From a virus (taxonomy: Duplodnaviria; Caudoviricetes): DNA of 64,000 nt. How positions within the stretch are numbered: position 1 is the first letter of the stretch; the number at the start of each line of letters is the position of its first letter. The stretch is taken from positions 1-64,000 of the IMG/VR virus record IMGVR_UViG_3300014206_000010; one strand, written 5' to 3'. The notes under the pieces were generated by a model, which saw only the letters and a list, made by a program, of their open reading frames with translations, ran no database searches and was not told the DNA's origin. This document shows, piece by piece, positions 46,964 to 55,485 of the stretch. The translations under genes were made by a program, and so were the position numbers.

Positions 46964-48646
46964 TTAGATAAAAGAATATCTAAATCCAGTAGATAATTTA
47001 TTTGCTCCCAATGTAGCAAGCCAAATTGATGAACTGATATCATCGTGTTCTCCTACGCTTTCAAGACCATGCTCAGTAAATGCAACTGAACCGAGGTCAC
47101 TGAATATAAGGTCTTTCATGTTTTCTGAAAATTTGTCTCCAATAGGTATATGTATTTTACCTCTTTCAAATAAAATAGCAATTCCTGGCCAACCTGTTTT
47201 TAAATCATATTTATCTATTCCAGTAGTGTGCCCCATTACAGGCATCCCTTGTTTATCTCCTTCTTGTACAAATATTTGCTGAAAAGTATTCTGTTCCATT
47301 ACTATACAATTGGGTCTGAATCTTACATTTAATCCTTTTAATATTTGCATCTGTTCATGGAATGTCTTTCCCTTATCTCTGTAAATATTTAATAAATACA
47401 TTTCTCTTGTATCATCTTCAACTCCCCAAGTAGAAAATACAGTATAATCACTTCCAACATTTGCAGAAATAGCAAAGTCACATCCCATAACAACTTTATT
47501 AAACTTCATAGGAAAATCATCACGATTTCTAACAAGCGTATAATTCTCCATTCTAACCAAAGAACGCTCCAAAATCTTTAATGGAAATATTGATGATTCA
47601 TTTGTAATAGGACGACAAAGATTTTCTCTTGAAAAGATTATATTTCCTTGAGTTTGTTTTTTATCCATTAAGTCAGCAAAACTCCAACGCTGGGGCCATA
47701 ATATACGTCCGTCAGGAAATATAGCAGGATATTCAATTACAAACCATCCTTTTTTACTGGCTTTACTTCTTAAATCTCCGTATAAATCTGAAGCATGAAA
47801 AGGAGTTCCGACAACAATTATTTGTCCTCCAGGAACAAGCATATTCATAATTACTGAATGAAAATAGTCAATGCTCTTTTTTCTTTGTAGAGAACTGTAT
47901 ATGACGTTATCTTTTAATCCATCATCAACTACTATCCAATATGGATGAGCACCACGTACTGACGACCCAAACCCCTTACACGTCAACCTCGCTCCGTTCT
48001 TACATACTATGTTAGTTGAAGCCCAAGCTCCTGCGTTACGAGTATCGGGAAATAATCTATCTTTTAATACATCATTATTTTCAATTGTTCCTTTTAATAT
48101 TTCCATTAAATCAACAGATTGCTGAAGAGAAAAGCTAAACAAATATCCTCTGTTAGAATTTGATTTTGTAGGTCTTGCTGAAAATACACTACTTTTTGGC
48201 TTAGAATATCGATATAATTGCCAAGCAGCGTAAGCATTGGAAAAATAATAGGACTTCCCGTGGTCTCTCGCTGCGTTGATACACAACTTTCTATGTCTGT
48301 GAACTAAATCCCCCCACTCAAGATGATGCCATGATAATTGAAAATCAGGCATAACAGAAGTTATAAAATATGTTAGATTTTTGTTTCTTAGAGTTTCTTC
48401 TATAGATAATGAAAGTCTTTCAGTATATTTAGGAGCAAAATCAACTTTTGTATCTCCAGTAAACATTACCTGAAAAGTATCTTTCATCAAATTATCTAAT
48501 ACCCAATCTAAATCTCCTTCTGATCCCTGCATTAATTCCAGTATGCCTTTGTCATCCATGCCGTCAATTATCTCATCAACTATATTTAGACATTCAAGTC
48601 TATGCATTGGAGATTGTAACAAAGTAGTTTTACCAATATCTGCCAT
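46964..48646 (-). CDS. terL: Terminase large subunit
   Basis: Walker A 'ARDHGKS', Walker B 'IVVDD', 'VGTP', nuclease 'GCDFA...SDYT', 'HDD'. Confidence 0.92.
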   Translation of the reverse strand: MADIGKTTLLQSPMHRLECLNIVDEIIDGMDDKGILELMQGSEGDLDWVLDNLMKDTFQVMFTGDTKVDFAPKYTERLSLSIEETLRNKNLTYFITSVMPDFQLSWHHLEWGDLVHRHRKLCINAARDHGKSYYFSNAYAAWQLYRYSKPKSSVFSARPTKSNSNRGYLFSFSLQQSVDLMEILKGTIENNDVLKDRLFPDTRNAGAWASTNIVCKNGARLTCKGFGSSVRGAHPYWIVVDDGLKDNVIYSSLQRKKSIDYFHSVIMNMLVPGGQIIVVGTPFHASDLYGDLRSKASKKGWFVIEYPAIFPDGRILWPQRWSFADLMDKKQTQGNIIFSRENLCRPITNESSIFPLKILERSLVRMENYTLVRNRDDFPMKFNKVVMGCDFAISANVGSDYTVFSTWGVEDDTREMYLLNIYRDKGKTFHEQMQILKGLNVRFRPNCIVMEQNTFQQIFVQEGDKQGMPVMGHTTGIDKYDLKTGWPGIAILFERGKIHIPIGDKFSENMKDLIFSDLGSVAFTEHGLESVGEHDDISSSIWLATLGANKLSTGFRYSFI

Positions 48647-48670
48647 AATAACTTCTTTCTTTTATACGAC

Positions 48671-48706
48671 AAAAAGCTAACAATGATTTTATACAATGTT
48701 AGCTTT
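48671..48706 (-). terminator. Hairpin between the wHTH gene and terL
   Basis: AAAGCTAACA/TGTTAGCTTT stem. Confidence 0.5.
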
Positions 48707-48732
48707 AATTATTTTATAATTAGAATCTTCTT

Positions 48733-49515
48733 TTAAAAAGATATCGTTCCTTTAATTGTCTCATGTAAAGTATCATACATTTTTTGTTTTTCTTCAGAAC
48801 TTAATTCTTCATCTGAATCAATTGAAGATTTGAATCTCAATATATCGTTGTTCATAACTTTACACAATGCAAGAATTTCAGTTTGAATTGTTGAATGACA
48901 ACTCTTCTTATCAAAATTAAGTTTGAATTCGTGAGTACCCTTTGTGAATTCTAACATACCAAACGCTCTTAACAATTGAAATACTTGATTTGCTGTGCCG
49001 TGAGACAAATTAGTTTTTTTTACAACTTCAGTTCTGGTAAAAATTACTTCGTTTGCTTTTTCAATTGGTTTGCCTCCTGTGAGTATCATCCAGAGTTTGA
49101 TACATTGGTCTTTAGCATGAAGTCTATTTGAAGTATCATTCAAAAAATCTCCAATACTTCTTTTTTCAATTCCTTTTTCCAAACCTCTGGTTTCAAGATA
49201 ATCATGAATAATACGTTCTTCAAGGACAACAACTTTTACTCCGTTTTCTTTAGCAGAATCAATTGCTGCATTTGCAACAATAGGATTTAAACAAGCCATA
49301 AGAAGAACAGATTGTTCAACTGGTATTTTCTTAATAGGCTTAGCAGAAAATTCTTCAGGTGCTTTAGGTTCTTGATTATCTACTTTTTTAACTACTTTCT
49401 TGACCTTCTTAACCTTCTTAGTAGAAACTTTACCTGTGACAAGGGCAGCTTCAATTTCTGCTTTTGTTCTTCTTTTCCTTTTAGGAACTTTTTGATTTTT
49501 TAATTCGTCTGACAT
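48733..49515 (-). CDS. Basic N-terminus plus winged-HTH DNA-binding protein
   Basis: 'KRKRRTKAEIEAA'; 'FTRTEVVKKTNLSHGTANQVFQLLRAFGMLEF'. Confidence 0.5.
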   Translation of the reverse strand: MSDELKNQKVPKRKRRTKAEIEAALVTGKVSTKKVKKVKKVVKKVDNQEPKAPEEFSAKPIKKIPVEQSVLLMACLNPIVANAAIDSAKENGVKVVVLEERIIHDYLETRGLEKGIEKRSIGDFLNDTSNRLHAKDQCIKLWMILTGGKPIEKANEVIFTRTEVVKKTNLSHGTANQVFQLLRAFGMLEFTKGTHEFKLNFDKKSCHSTIQTEILALCKVMNNDILRFKSSIDSDEELSSEEKQKMYDTLHETIKGTISF

Positions 49516-49577
49516 AACAATTTAATTTACATTTATTTTAAAAATATAACTGTTTTATTTTTAGGTTAAAAACTTTA

Positions 49578-50240
49578 TTATTTGTTTACACATTTGAATT
49601 CAAAGAATTCATTTCCCTTGCTTCTTGACTTATTTTTGTCAACCAAAATATCTCCTTTTTTGGAACGAAGTTTTTTCATGTACCAACGCAATAAATCCGC
49701 TGTAGCTTCTACATCATTCATGGCTCCGTGAGCATCTGTTAATTTAATTTTAGCTGCTTCACAAGACGCTCCTAAATTAATTTTTTCTTTTCCTAAAATA
49801 CCAAATGATAATTTTGCTAAAACAAGAGTGTCTATGAAATTAGGATACATCCATTCTTCAATAGTAGATTTTTTACAAAAATTAAGAGCCCAATTTAGCA
49901 TACGAATATCAAATGTTACATTATGCCCTACTGGTATGAGTCTTCCCATTTCTCTTTTTCTTGTTTTAACTCTATGAATTTCCCAAAATTCAATAGCAGT
50001 AGCAATAAAATCTTTAACAGACATTCCTGAATTAATATCGGACATATTTACCATAGTCCTGTTTAATGCTTGTTGTTCGATAACTAAATCAGCATAAGGT
50101 TTTACAAAAGTTTCCCAACGATCTATCTCTTTTAAGGTTTTACCGTCAAGAATAACTGCAGCATATTGAGTTATTGGATTTTTCGATTCAATCAATCCTC
50201 CTGTTTCGCAGTCAAAAACAATATAATTACTTTTTATCAT
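49578..50240 (-). CDS. DEDDh 3'-5' exonuclease (DnaQ-like)
   Basis: 'VFDCETGG', 'GHNVTFD', 'AHGAMNDV'. Confidence 0.9.
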   Translation of the reverse strand: MIKSNYIVFDCETGGLIESKNPITQYAAVILDGKTLKEIDRWETFVKPYADLVIEQQALNRTMVNMSDINSGMSVKDFIATAIEFWEIHRVKTRKREMGRLIPVGHNVTFDIRMLNWALNFCKKSTIEEWMYPNFIDTLVLAKLSFGILGKEKINLGASCEAAKIKLTDAHGAMNDVEATADLLRWYMKKLRSKKGDILVDKNKSRSKGNEFFEFKCVNK

Positions 50241-50259
50241 ATCAATGTATTAAATAATG

Positions 50260-50300
50260 AAACCGTGTAACTTACTTAACTTTGAGCCACACGGTTTTTT
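50260..50300. terminator. Intergenic hairpin/terminator
   Basis: AAACCGTGT/ACACGGTTT stem. Confidence 0.55.
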
Positions 50301-50387
50301 ATTTTGCCTATTTAACAAATCTTTTCTGAATTTAAAGTCCAGTAAGATAATAATTTTCAAAATTAAATTTTTCGAGGTCGAATAGGC

Positions 50388-50762
50388 TTATATAAAAGAA
50401 GAAAAAATTATATCATTAATATTATTTCGTTTGCCGAAATCATAAGTAATATTTGAAAATCGTTGATTATTTATTATGATAGAAAGTAAATTGTTTGTAT
50501 TATTATATTTATTCTTTTCTTTACTGGGATAAATAAGTTCATCCATGAACACATACAACTGCATCACATCTGAAGTAACTTGCACATCTGTCCTTTGGCA
50601 GAAATTAAAATTAATAACAGTTTTCAGAGTTTCAACTGAAAATACGGATTGAATTACTTCTGTTTTAAAATTCTTACTAACATCTTTGTCAGTAGGAATT
50701 GCTTTAACAGATACGGTAAACAGAAGCATAACCGTAATCGTCATAAAAATCAATTTTTTCAT
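50388..50762 (-). CDS. Secreted/periplasmic hypothetical protein
   Basis: Signal peptide MKKLIFMTITVMLLFTVSVKA. Confidence 0.55.
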   Translation of the reverse strand: MKKLIFMTITVMLLFTVSVKAIPTDKDVSKNFKTEVIQSVFSVETLKTVINFNFCQRTDVQVTSDVMQLYVFMDELIYPSKEKNKYNNTNNLLSIIINNQRFSNITYDFGKRNNINDIIFSSFI

Positions 50763-50883
50763 TTTTATAAATTATTTTTGATTTACAACAGCTTCTTCAA
50801 TGTAGGTGTAGTTTTAACCTATCTCACTATTGTTTTTACTACTTTGTTTTTGAATCAAATACTTTATACTTATATTTGATAAA

Positions 50884-51510
50884 TTACTGTTCTTCGTAAT
50901 TTACTCCATCGTCAGCGGCATTCGTATTAGATTTAGAAGTTTTTTTACAACTTTCAGATACTTTAGCTGCTTGCGTGCCAACTTTATTATCTGTTTCTGT
51001 AGTTTCTTTAACTCTTTTTTTATCTTCCTCTAAATCTTTGAAAATCATTCGAGAAATAGGACAATCTTTTTTATTTTCACGTTTTTCGCATATTTCATGG
51101 TCAATAATTGCATGAATTTTCAACTTAATATCAGTTTCATTAGGTTTAAAAGATTCAGAAAAATCATTAAGAAAATCATTAAGACTATTCTCAAAATTCC
51201 TTTCACCTGCTTTGAACCCCTTCTTATATTGTTCGTTTGCTACTTTTAAAATAATATCAGAATTTGATTTTGCAACAATATTAATTGCATCGTCAATAAT
51301 TTTCTTAACTTCTTCTTTTTGAGCGAACTTTTGATTTTTTACATTCAAAATATATTTCAGATTATTCATTACCATTTGAATAGCAACCGCTCCGTCAGTA
51401 TTGCCTCTTCTGCGATAAGTATGATTACTAAACCATAAAGCATTCCAAATAATAATTCTTTCAGTTTTATTAAGTAAAAGACCTAACATAATTTTTTTGA
51501 TTTTCTTCAT
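50884..51510 (-). CDS. Hypothetical protein
   Basis: ORF track; ATGA coupling. Confidence 0.55.
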   Translation of the reverse strand: MKKIKKIMLGLLLNKTERIIIWNALWFSNHTYRRRGNTDGAVAIQMVMNNLKYILNVKNQKFAQKEEVKKIIDDAINIVAKSNSDIILKVANEQYKKGFKAGERNFENSLNDFLNDFSESFKPNETDIKLKIHAIIDHEICEKRENKKDCPISRMIFKDLEEDKKRVKETTETDNKVGTQAAKVSESCKKTSKSNTNAADDGVNYEEQ

Positions 51511-51827
51511 TTTGCTTTTTTTATTTTATTTGTTAATAAATCGAAACTTCTCCAACTTTCTGTGTAAACTAAATTCCATTTCCCCTTGTCATCTTTTCTT
51601 ATGACTTTCACAAATCTTTGTTTAAATTCTTCATCATTATATCCTTTAGCATATTTAAACTTACCGTCATATTTATGATTTGGTATTTGTTCTTCAAAGG
51701 GTGCTATTTTTACCACTTCTCCTTTTTTCCAAGGCTTTGGTAAATATTTATTGTGAGATTCAGATTCAGGATTTCCGTTCACTACAATAAATTTTGGTAA
51801 TTTTTCTTTATTTGTTATTGCTTTCAT
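51507..51827 (-). CDS. Hypothetical protein
   Basis: ORF track. Confidence 0.55.
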   Translation of the reverse strand: MKAITNKEKLPKFIVVNGNPESESHNKYLPKPWKKGEVVKIAPFEEQIPNHKYDGKFKYAKGYNDEEFKQRFVKVIRKDDKGKWNLVYTESWRSFDLLTNKIKKAK

Positions 51828-51871
51828 TTTAATAATACATTTAATGTATAATTATAAACTTTGCTAAACAT

Positions 51872-51913
51872 AAAAAGAACGGAGAAGCAAACATTATTCG
51901 CAAAACTCCGTTC
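51872..51913 (-). terminator. Terminator after HU gene
   Basis: GAACGGAG/CTCCGTTC stem plus T-run. Confidence 0.7.
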
Positions 51914-51938
51914 CATTTTTTTTAAAAAAAATTTGATG

Positions 51939-52247
51939 CTATTTTTTAGCAGCTTTCTTTCCTGACTTAACAGGTTCAATTACTTTTTTGATTGTAGTTG
52001 TAGGAGTAAATTTCAGTGTATGACTTTCTTTTACATCCATAGGCTTTTTTGTCAAAGGATTCATTCCTTTACGAGCCTTATTGACTTTCTGTCTAAACTT
52101 ACCAAGAGTTGGTAAATTAACATCATCACCATTTTCTACACAAGCTTCAACAATCACTTCGCTCAAAGCGTCAACAACTTTGTTTACGTCTGTTTGAGTA
52201 ATACCAGCTTTTTTAGCCACTGCGGCTACCAATTCATACTTTTTCAT
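51939..52247 (-). CDS. hup: HU/IHF-family DNA-binding protein
   Basis: 'KYELVAAVAKKAGIT', 'LPTLGKF', 'ARKGMNPLT', 'KFTP'. Confidence 0.92.
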   Translation of the reverse strand: MKKYELVAAVAKKAGITQTDVNKVVDALSEVIVEACVENGDDVNLPTLGKFRQKVNKARKGMNPLTKKPMDVKESHTLKFTPTTTIKKVIEPVKSGKKAAKK

Positions 52248-52298
52248 TTTTTTTTACAATTAAATTAAACAATTATCACAGTTCACTATACCTGTTTT

Positions 52299-52715
52299 TC
52301 AAATTTCAATAACGCTGAGACCTTCTGTTTTTAGTATTTCTAACAATTTTTCCATTTTTTCATCCCTTACTTTTTCAGTAATATACCACATAGATAAATC
52401 GGTTTTTGTAATGAAATTTCCTGGCGTTAATCCTTTATTGATTGTTATACCGTATTCCCAATGAGCCTTTGGTTTTTCTAAAAATCTCATATCTTCTTCA
52501 ATGGTATGTAAATCATATGCTGAAATTGATATTCCTTCTTCTTGAAAGTTTATCATTAATTTTTTTAATCTCTTAGGCTCTTCTTCCTCATCATCAAGTG
52601 AATCATCTTCTTCGTCATCATAATCAGATGACTTTTTGGAAGTTGTTTTAGTTTTCTTTTGATATTGAACTTTACCGCTTTTTTCCGGAATTTGACTTGT
52701 TCTAACTTTTACCAT
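52299..52715 (-). CDS. Hypothetical acidic protein
   Basis: ORF track. Confidence 0.5.
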   Translation of the reverse strand: MVKVRTSQIPEKSGKVQYQKKTKTTSKKSSDYDDEEDDSLDDEEEEPKRLKKLMINFQEEGISISAYDLHTIEEDMRFLEKPKAHWEYGITINKGLTPGNFITKTDLSMWYITEKVRDEKMEKLLEILKTEGLSVIEI

Positions 52716-52716
52716 A

Positions 52717-53043
52717 TCATTTATTTCTTATTGATTCTAAAAATTCATTACCTTCTTTCTTCCACCAAGTGACAAATTGAAGTTTATTCTCATATTTCTT
52801 TCCTTTATTATATTCATTGAAAGAATAAGTTACCACACGTCCAAAATTTACAAGAGCTTCCTTAAATAATTTTTCTTTAATTTTTATCATCAATCTTTGA
52901 GCAACAAGTATATCTGGATTCATTCCATTCTCCGAACTTGAACAAGCTACAATACATTTACATTCTTTAATTTGTTCTTTTATCACTTTGTCATAGTCGT
53001 TACACCAATGACGACAAAAATTTTCTTGATTTAATATTTTCAT
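52717..53043 (-). CDS. Hypothetical protein
   Basis: ORF track. Confidence 0.5.
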   Translation of the reverse strand: MKILNQENFCRHWCNDYDKVIKEQIKECKCIVACSSSENGMNPDILVAQRLMIKIKEKLFKEALVNFGRVVTYSFNEYNKGKKYENKLQFVTWWKKEGNEFLESIRNK

Positions 53044-53561
53044 AGCAATCCTTCTTCTTTAAATTCTTTCAATACATTTCTTTGAGCCATCATAAACTCA
53101 ACAGATACACCCCATGCTTCATCACTTACCATTCTGATACCAGCTTTGTAAAAGTCCCAAAAGTAAGTATCAATAGAAGAATCAATAGAAGAATCAATAC
53201 CACATATTTTGTAATTGATGTTTTCTCTACACAAAGGGATAAAGATATTTATTTCATAATCTGATATATAAATATTAACACCTTTTTTGCAATCAATATC
53301 TTTTATGAATATTTTATGTCTGATTCCATTTATTCCGTCAGTAAAATAAATACTATGAATTCTAAAATCTTCAGAAGTCATTTTTTCTGCGCCCATTTGA
53401 TTTGAATCAGGCAGTATCTTAGATATACATTCAAGCATTGTCTGAGATATAAGAACCCTTTTGCTAATTATCAGATTATTAATTTCAAACTTTTGTTTTT
53501 GTTTTTCTTCATCAAGTTCTTTCTGAAGTATCCAACGTGCTATTTTCTTTACAATGTTCAT
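53040..53561 (-). CDS. Hypothetical protein
   Basis: ORF track; ATGA coupling. Confidence 0.5.
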   Translation of the reverse strand: MNIVKKIARWILQKELDEEKQKQKFEINNLIISKRVLISQTMLECISKILPDSNQMGAEKMTSEDFRIHSIYFTDGINGIRHKIFIKDIDCKKGVNIYISDYEINIFIPLCRENINYKICGIDSSIDSSIDTYFWDFYKAGIRMVSDEAWGVSVEFMMAQRNVLKEFKEEGLL

Positions 53562-53744
53562 ACGATTTATTATTATTTTGTTTAACTGGAATGAATAACT
53601 TTGATGGCTTCCCCCTTATGAAATACAAGTTTTTCCCCTCAAACCCCTTTACAAAATTTCATTCAAATATTTGAAGTATTTGTATATTTGTTATGTATGT
53701 ACATACGCTTACGCATAACCCCCTATAACCCCCCTTCGGCAATT

Positions 53745-53921
53745 TCATTTTGCTACAATTTTTTTAAGTTTATTTTGGTAATCGGATAAAGCATTTTGCA
53801 ATGCAGGAATAGGCTGATTGGTATAATTTTCAATCTTTTCATTCAGAATATCTTGAATCATTTGGATATCTCTTTTTAATTGAAAAATTTGAATTTCTTT
53901 GTAATTTTTTTTATTATTCAT
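53745..53921 (-). CDS. 58-aa coiled-coil-like protein (not in ORF track)
   Basis: MNNKKNYKEIQIFQLKRDIQMIQDILNEKIENY...KLKKIVAK. Confidence 0.45.
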   Translation of the reverse strand: MNNKKNYKEIQIFQLKRDIQMIQDILNEKIENYTNQPIPALQNALSDYQNKLKKIVAK

Positions 53922-54077
53922 AACATCAAATATTTAATTGCTCGTGACCTTTAATTCATCAATCTAATAAAGTAATCATATTAAGTTTTAAAATTTAATA
54001 GCAATTTGCTTATCATCGTTATCATCATTGCTATTACTTAATAAACATTAATATTTTCGTAAGATAAAAAATCTTAA

Positions 54078-54266
54078 CTATAATCCCCAAATTACATAAT
54101 TCAAAAAATCAACCACTTTGTCCCAGAAGTATATAAATTGAACAAATAAATAAATTGATATAATTATCAAAGAACCGTATGTAATCGTTCTCCAAATTTT
54201 TCTGTAAATAGGTTTCAAAACCTTCTTACCAAAACGTCCATCAATTGCATTTAATAATGTTTCCAT
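54078..54266 (-). CDS. Small membrane protein (start revised to METLL)
   Basis: One TM; directly downstream of a host-type promoter. Confidence 0.55.
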   Translation of the reverse strand: METLLNAIDGRFGKKVLKPIYRKIWRTITYGSLIIISIYLFVQFIYFWDKVVDFLNYVIWGL

Positions 54267-54311
54267 GTTAATAATGTTTAATTTGTTATAAAATAACTTT
54301 GTTTTACAATA

Positions 54312-54342
54312 CAAAGATAATACCTTTTTTACAAACGGCAAA
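54312..54342 (-). promoter_or_regulatory. Bacteroidota-type promoter
   Basis: TTTG-N19-TATCTTTG. Confidence 0.8.
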
Positions 54343-54344
54343 AT

Positions 54345-54376
54345 AAAAAAGGGAAAATCTTTGCGAAATTCCCTTT
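54345..54376 (-). terminator. Terminator
   Basis: AAGGGAA/TTCCCTT stem plus T-run. Confidence 0.6.
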
Positions 54377-54401
54377 TACTTACAAATTAATTATAAAAAC
54401 A

Positions 54402-54665
54402 TTATTTCATTATGTTAAGGCTACCAGAAACAATTTCAATTTGTTCTTTATTTGGAATAAAAAAATATTCAGTTTCTCCATCAAGAATTAAAATTTCAGA
54501 AGAAGGTTGACTTTTTAATCTGAACGTTGTATCTCCAATTGCTTTAAATCTTACAATATTTCCACTAAATTCATCTGGTACTACACCAGAAATGAATGTT
54601 GCACCATAACCTATGCTCAATACTGGAATAGGTCTTGAATTAGAATCAACAGTATATGTTTTCAT
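54402..54665 (-). CDS. Hypothetical beta-rich protein (87 aa)
   Basis: ORF track. Confidence 0.5.
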   Translation of the reverse strand: MKTYTVDSNSRPIPVLSIGYGATFISGVVPDEFSGNIVRFKAIGDTTFRLKSQPSSEILILDGETEYFFIPNKEQIEIVSGSLNIMK

Positions 54666-54709
54666 TACTTTTAATTTTTAAATTGTTTTATGATACTTAA
54701 TAGTTGTTT

Positions 54710-54883
54710 TTATATTTCATGTATCTTAAGACTATTAATTACTTTGTAACCGTACAAGTATCTCAGTTTGTCCTCAACCTTATCTCGGCTTTCAGCTTCT
54801 ATTTCCATTTTAAGCTGAATGATTTGTTCTTTACGACTTTTGCTACCAAAGAACTTAATTTTAAATTTCTTTAAATTCGACAT
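54710..54883 (-). CDS. 57-aa hypothetical protein (not in ORF track)
   Basis: MSNLKKFKIKFFGSKSRKEQIIQLKMEIEAESRDKVEDKLRYLYGYKVINSLKIHEI. Confidence 0.55.
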   Translation of the reverse strand: MSNLKKFKIKFFGSKSRKEQIIQLKMEIEAESRDKVEDKLRYLYGYKVINSLKIHEI

Positions 54884-54923
54884 CTTTTGTTTGTTTTTTT
54901 TTAATTTGTTTAACTTTTGTTTT

Positions 54924-55373
54924 TTATAACGCTTTTTGACTAATAATTTTCATTTGTTTCATTATCTTCATACGATAATTTTGAGATGCTTTAGGATTAT
55001 GAAGTTTTATTGCTTTGTTTATATCTTTATCTAGATTATAATGATTTTGTAATATGTTAAACATTTCTAAACTCTTCTTTTTATCAGTACGACAATCAAG
55101 AGTAAATTTATTTTCACCAATAATACGATTTACATCTTTAACAAAGATAGGAGTTATTTGTAAAATTCCTACATCGTTTTTCGTTCCAATAGCTTCAGGA
55201 TTACCCTTGCTTTCTACTTGAATAAGAGCTTTTACAAATAATTCCCATTCACTTTTACTTTCACATTTTGTTACTTTTTTCTTTGGAATGATTATTCTTA
55301 TTTCTTGAGTATGTATTCCTAAATTACAACTTGATATTAAAAATATAATACTCGTTAAAATCAATTTTTTCAT
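54924..55373 (-). CDS. Lytic transglycosylase (SLT) with lipoprotein signal
   Basis: 'ALIQVES', 'GILQI'; lipobox ISS-C at Cys16. Confidence 0.75.
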   Translation of the reverse strand: MKKLILTSIIFLISSCNLGIHTQEIRIIIPKKKVTKCESKSEWELFVKALIQVESKGNPEAIGTKNDVGILQITPIFVKDVNRIIGENKFTLDCRTDKKKSLEMFNILQNHYNLDKDINKAIKLHNPKASQNYRMKIMKQMKIISQKAL

Positions 55374-55455
55374 TTCTATTTGTTTTAATGGTATTTCTTT
55401 GTTTTGTTCTTCTGGATGTCTCTCTTGAAATATTCTTTAAGAACTTTACTAAACT

Positions 55456-55485
55456 AAAAAAAAAGGGGCAACTTTCGCTTGCCCC
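55456..55485 (-). terminator. Terminator closing the tmRNA transcript
   Basis: GGGGCAAGC-GAAA-GTTGCCCC plus T9. Confidence 0.85.

Noticed and set aside
43922-48646. Introns, inteins or homing endonucleases in RNR, terminase, capsid or helicase
   Set aside because: ORFs are continuous and of ordinary length; no intein termini or HNH/GIY-YIG/LAGLIDADG motifs seen
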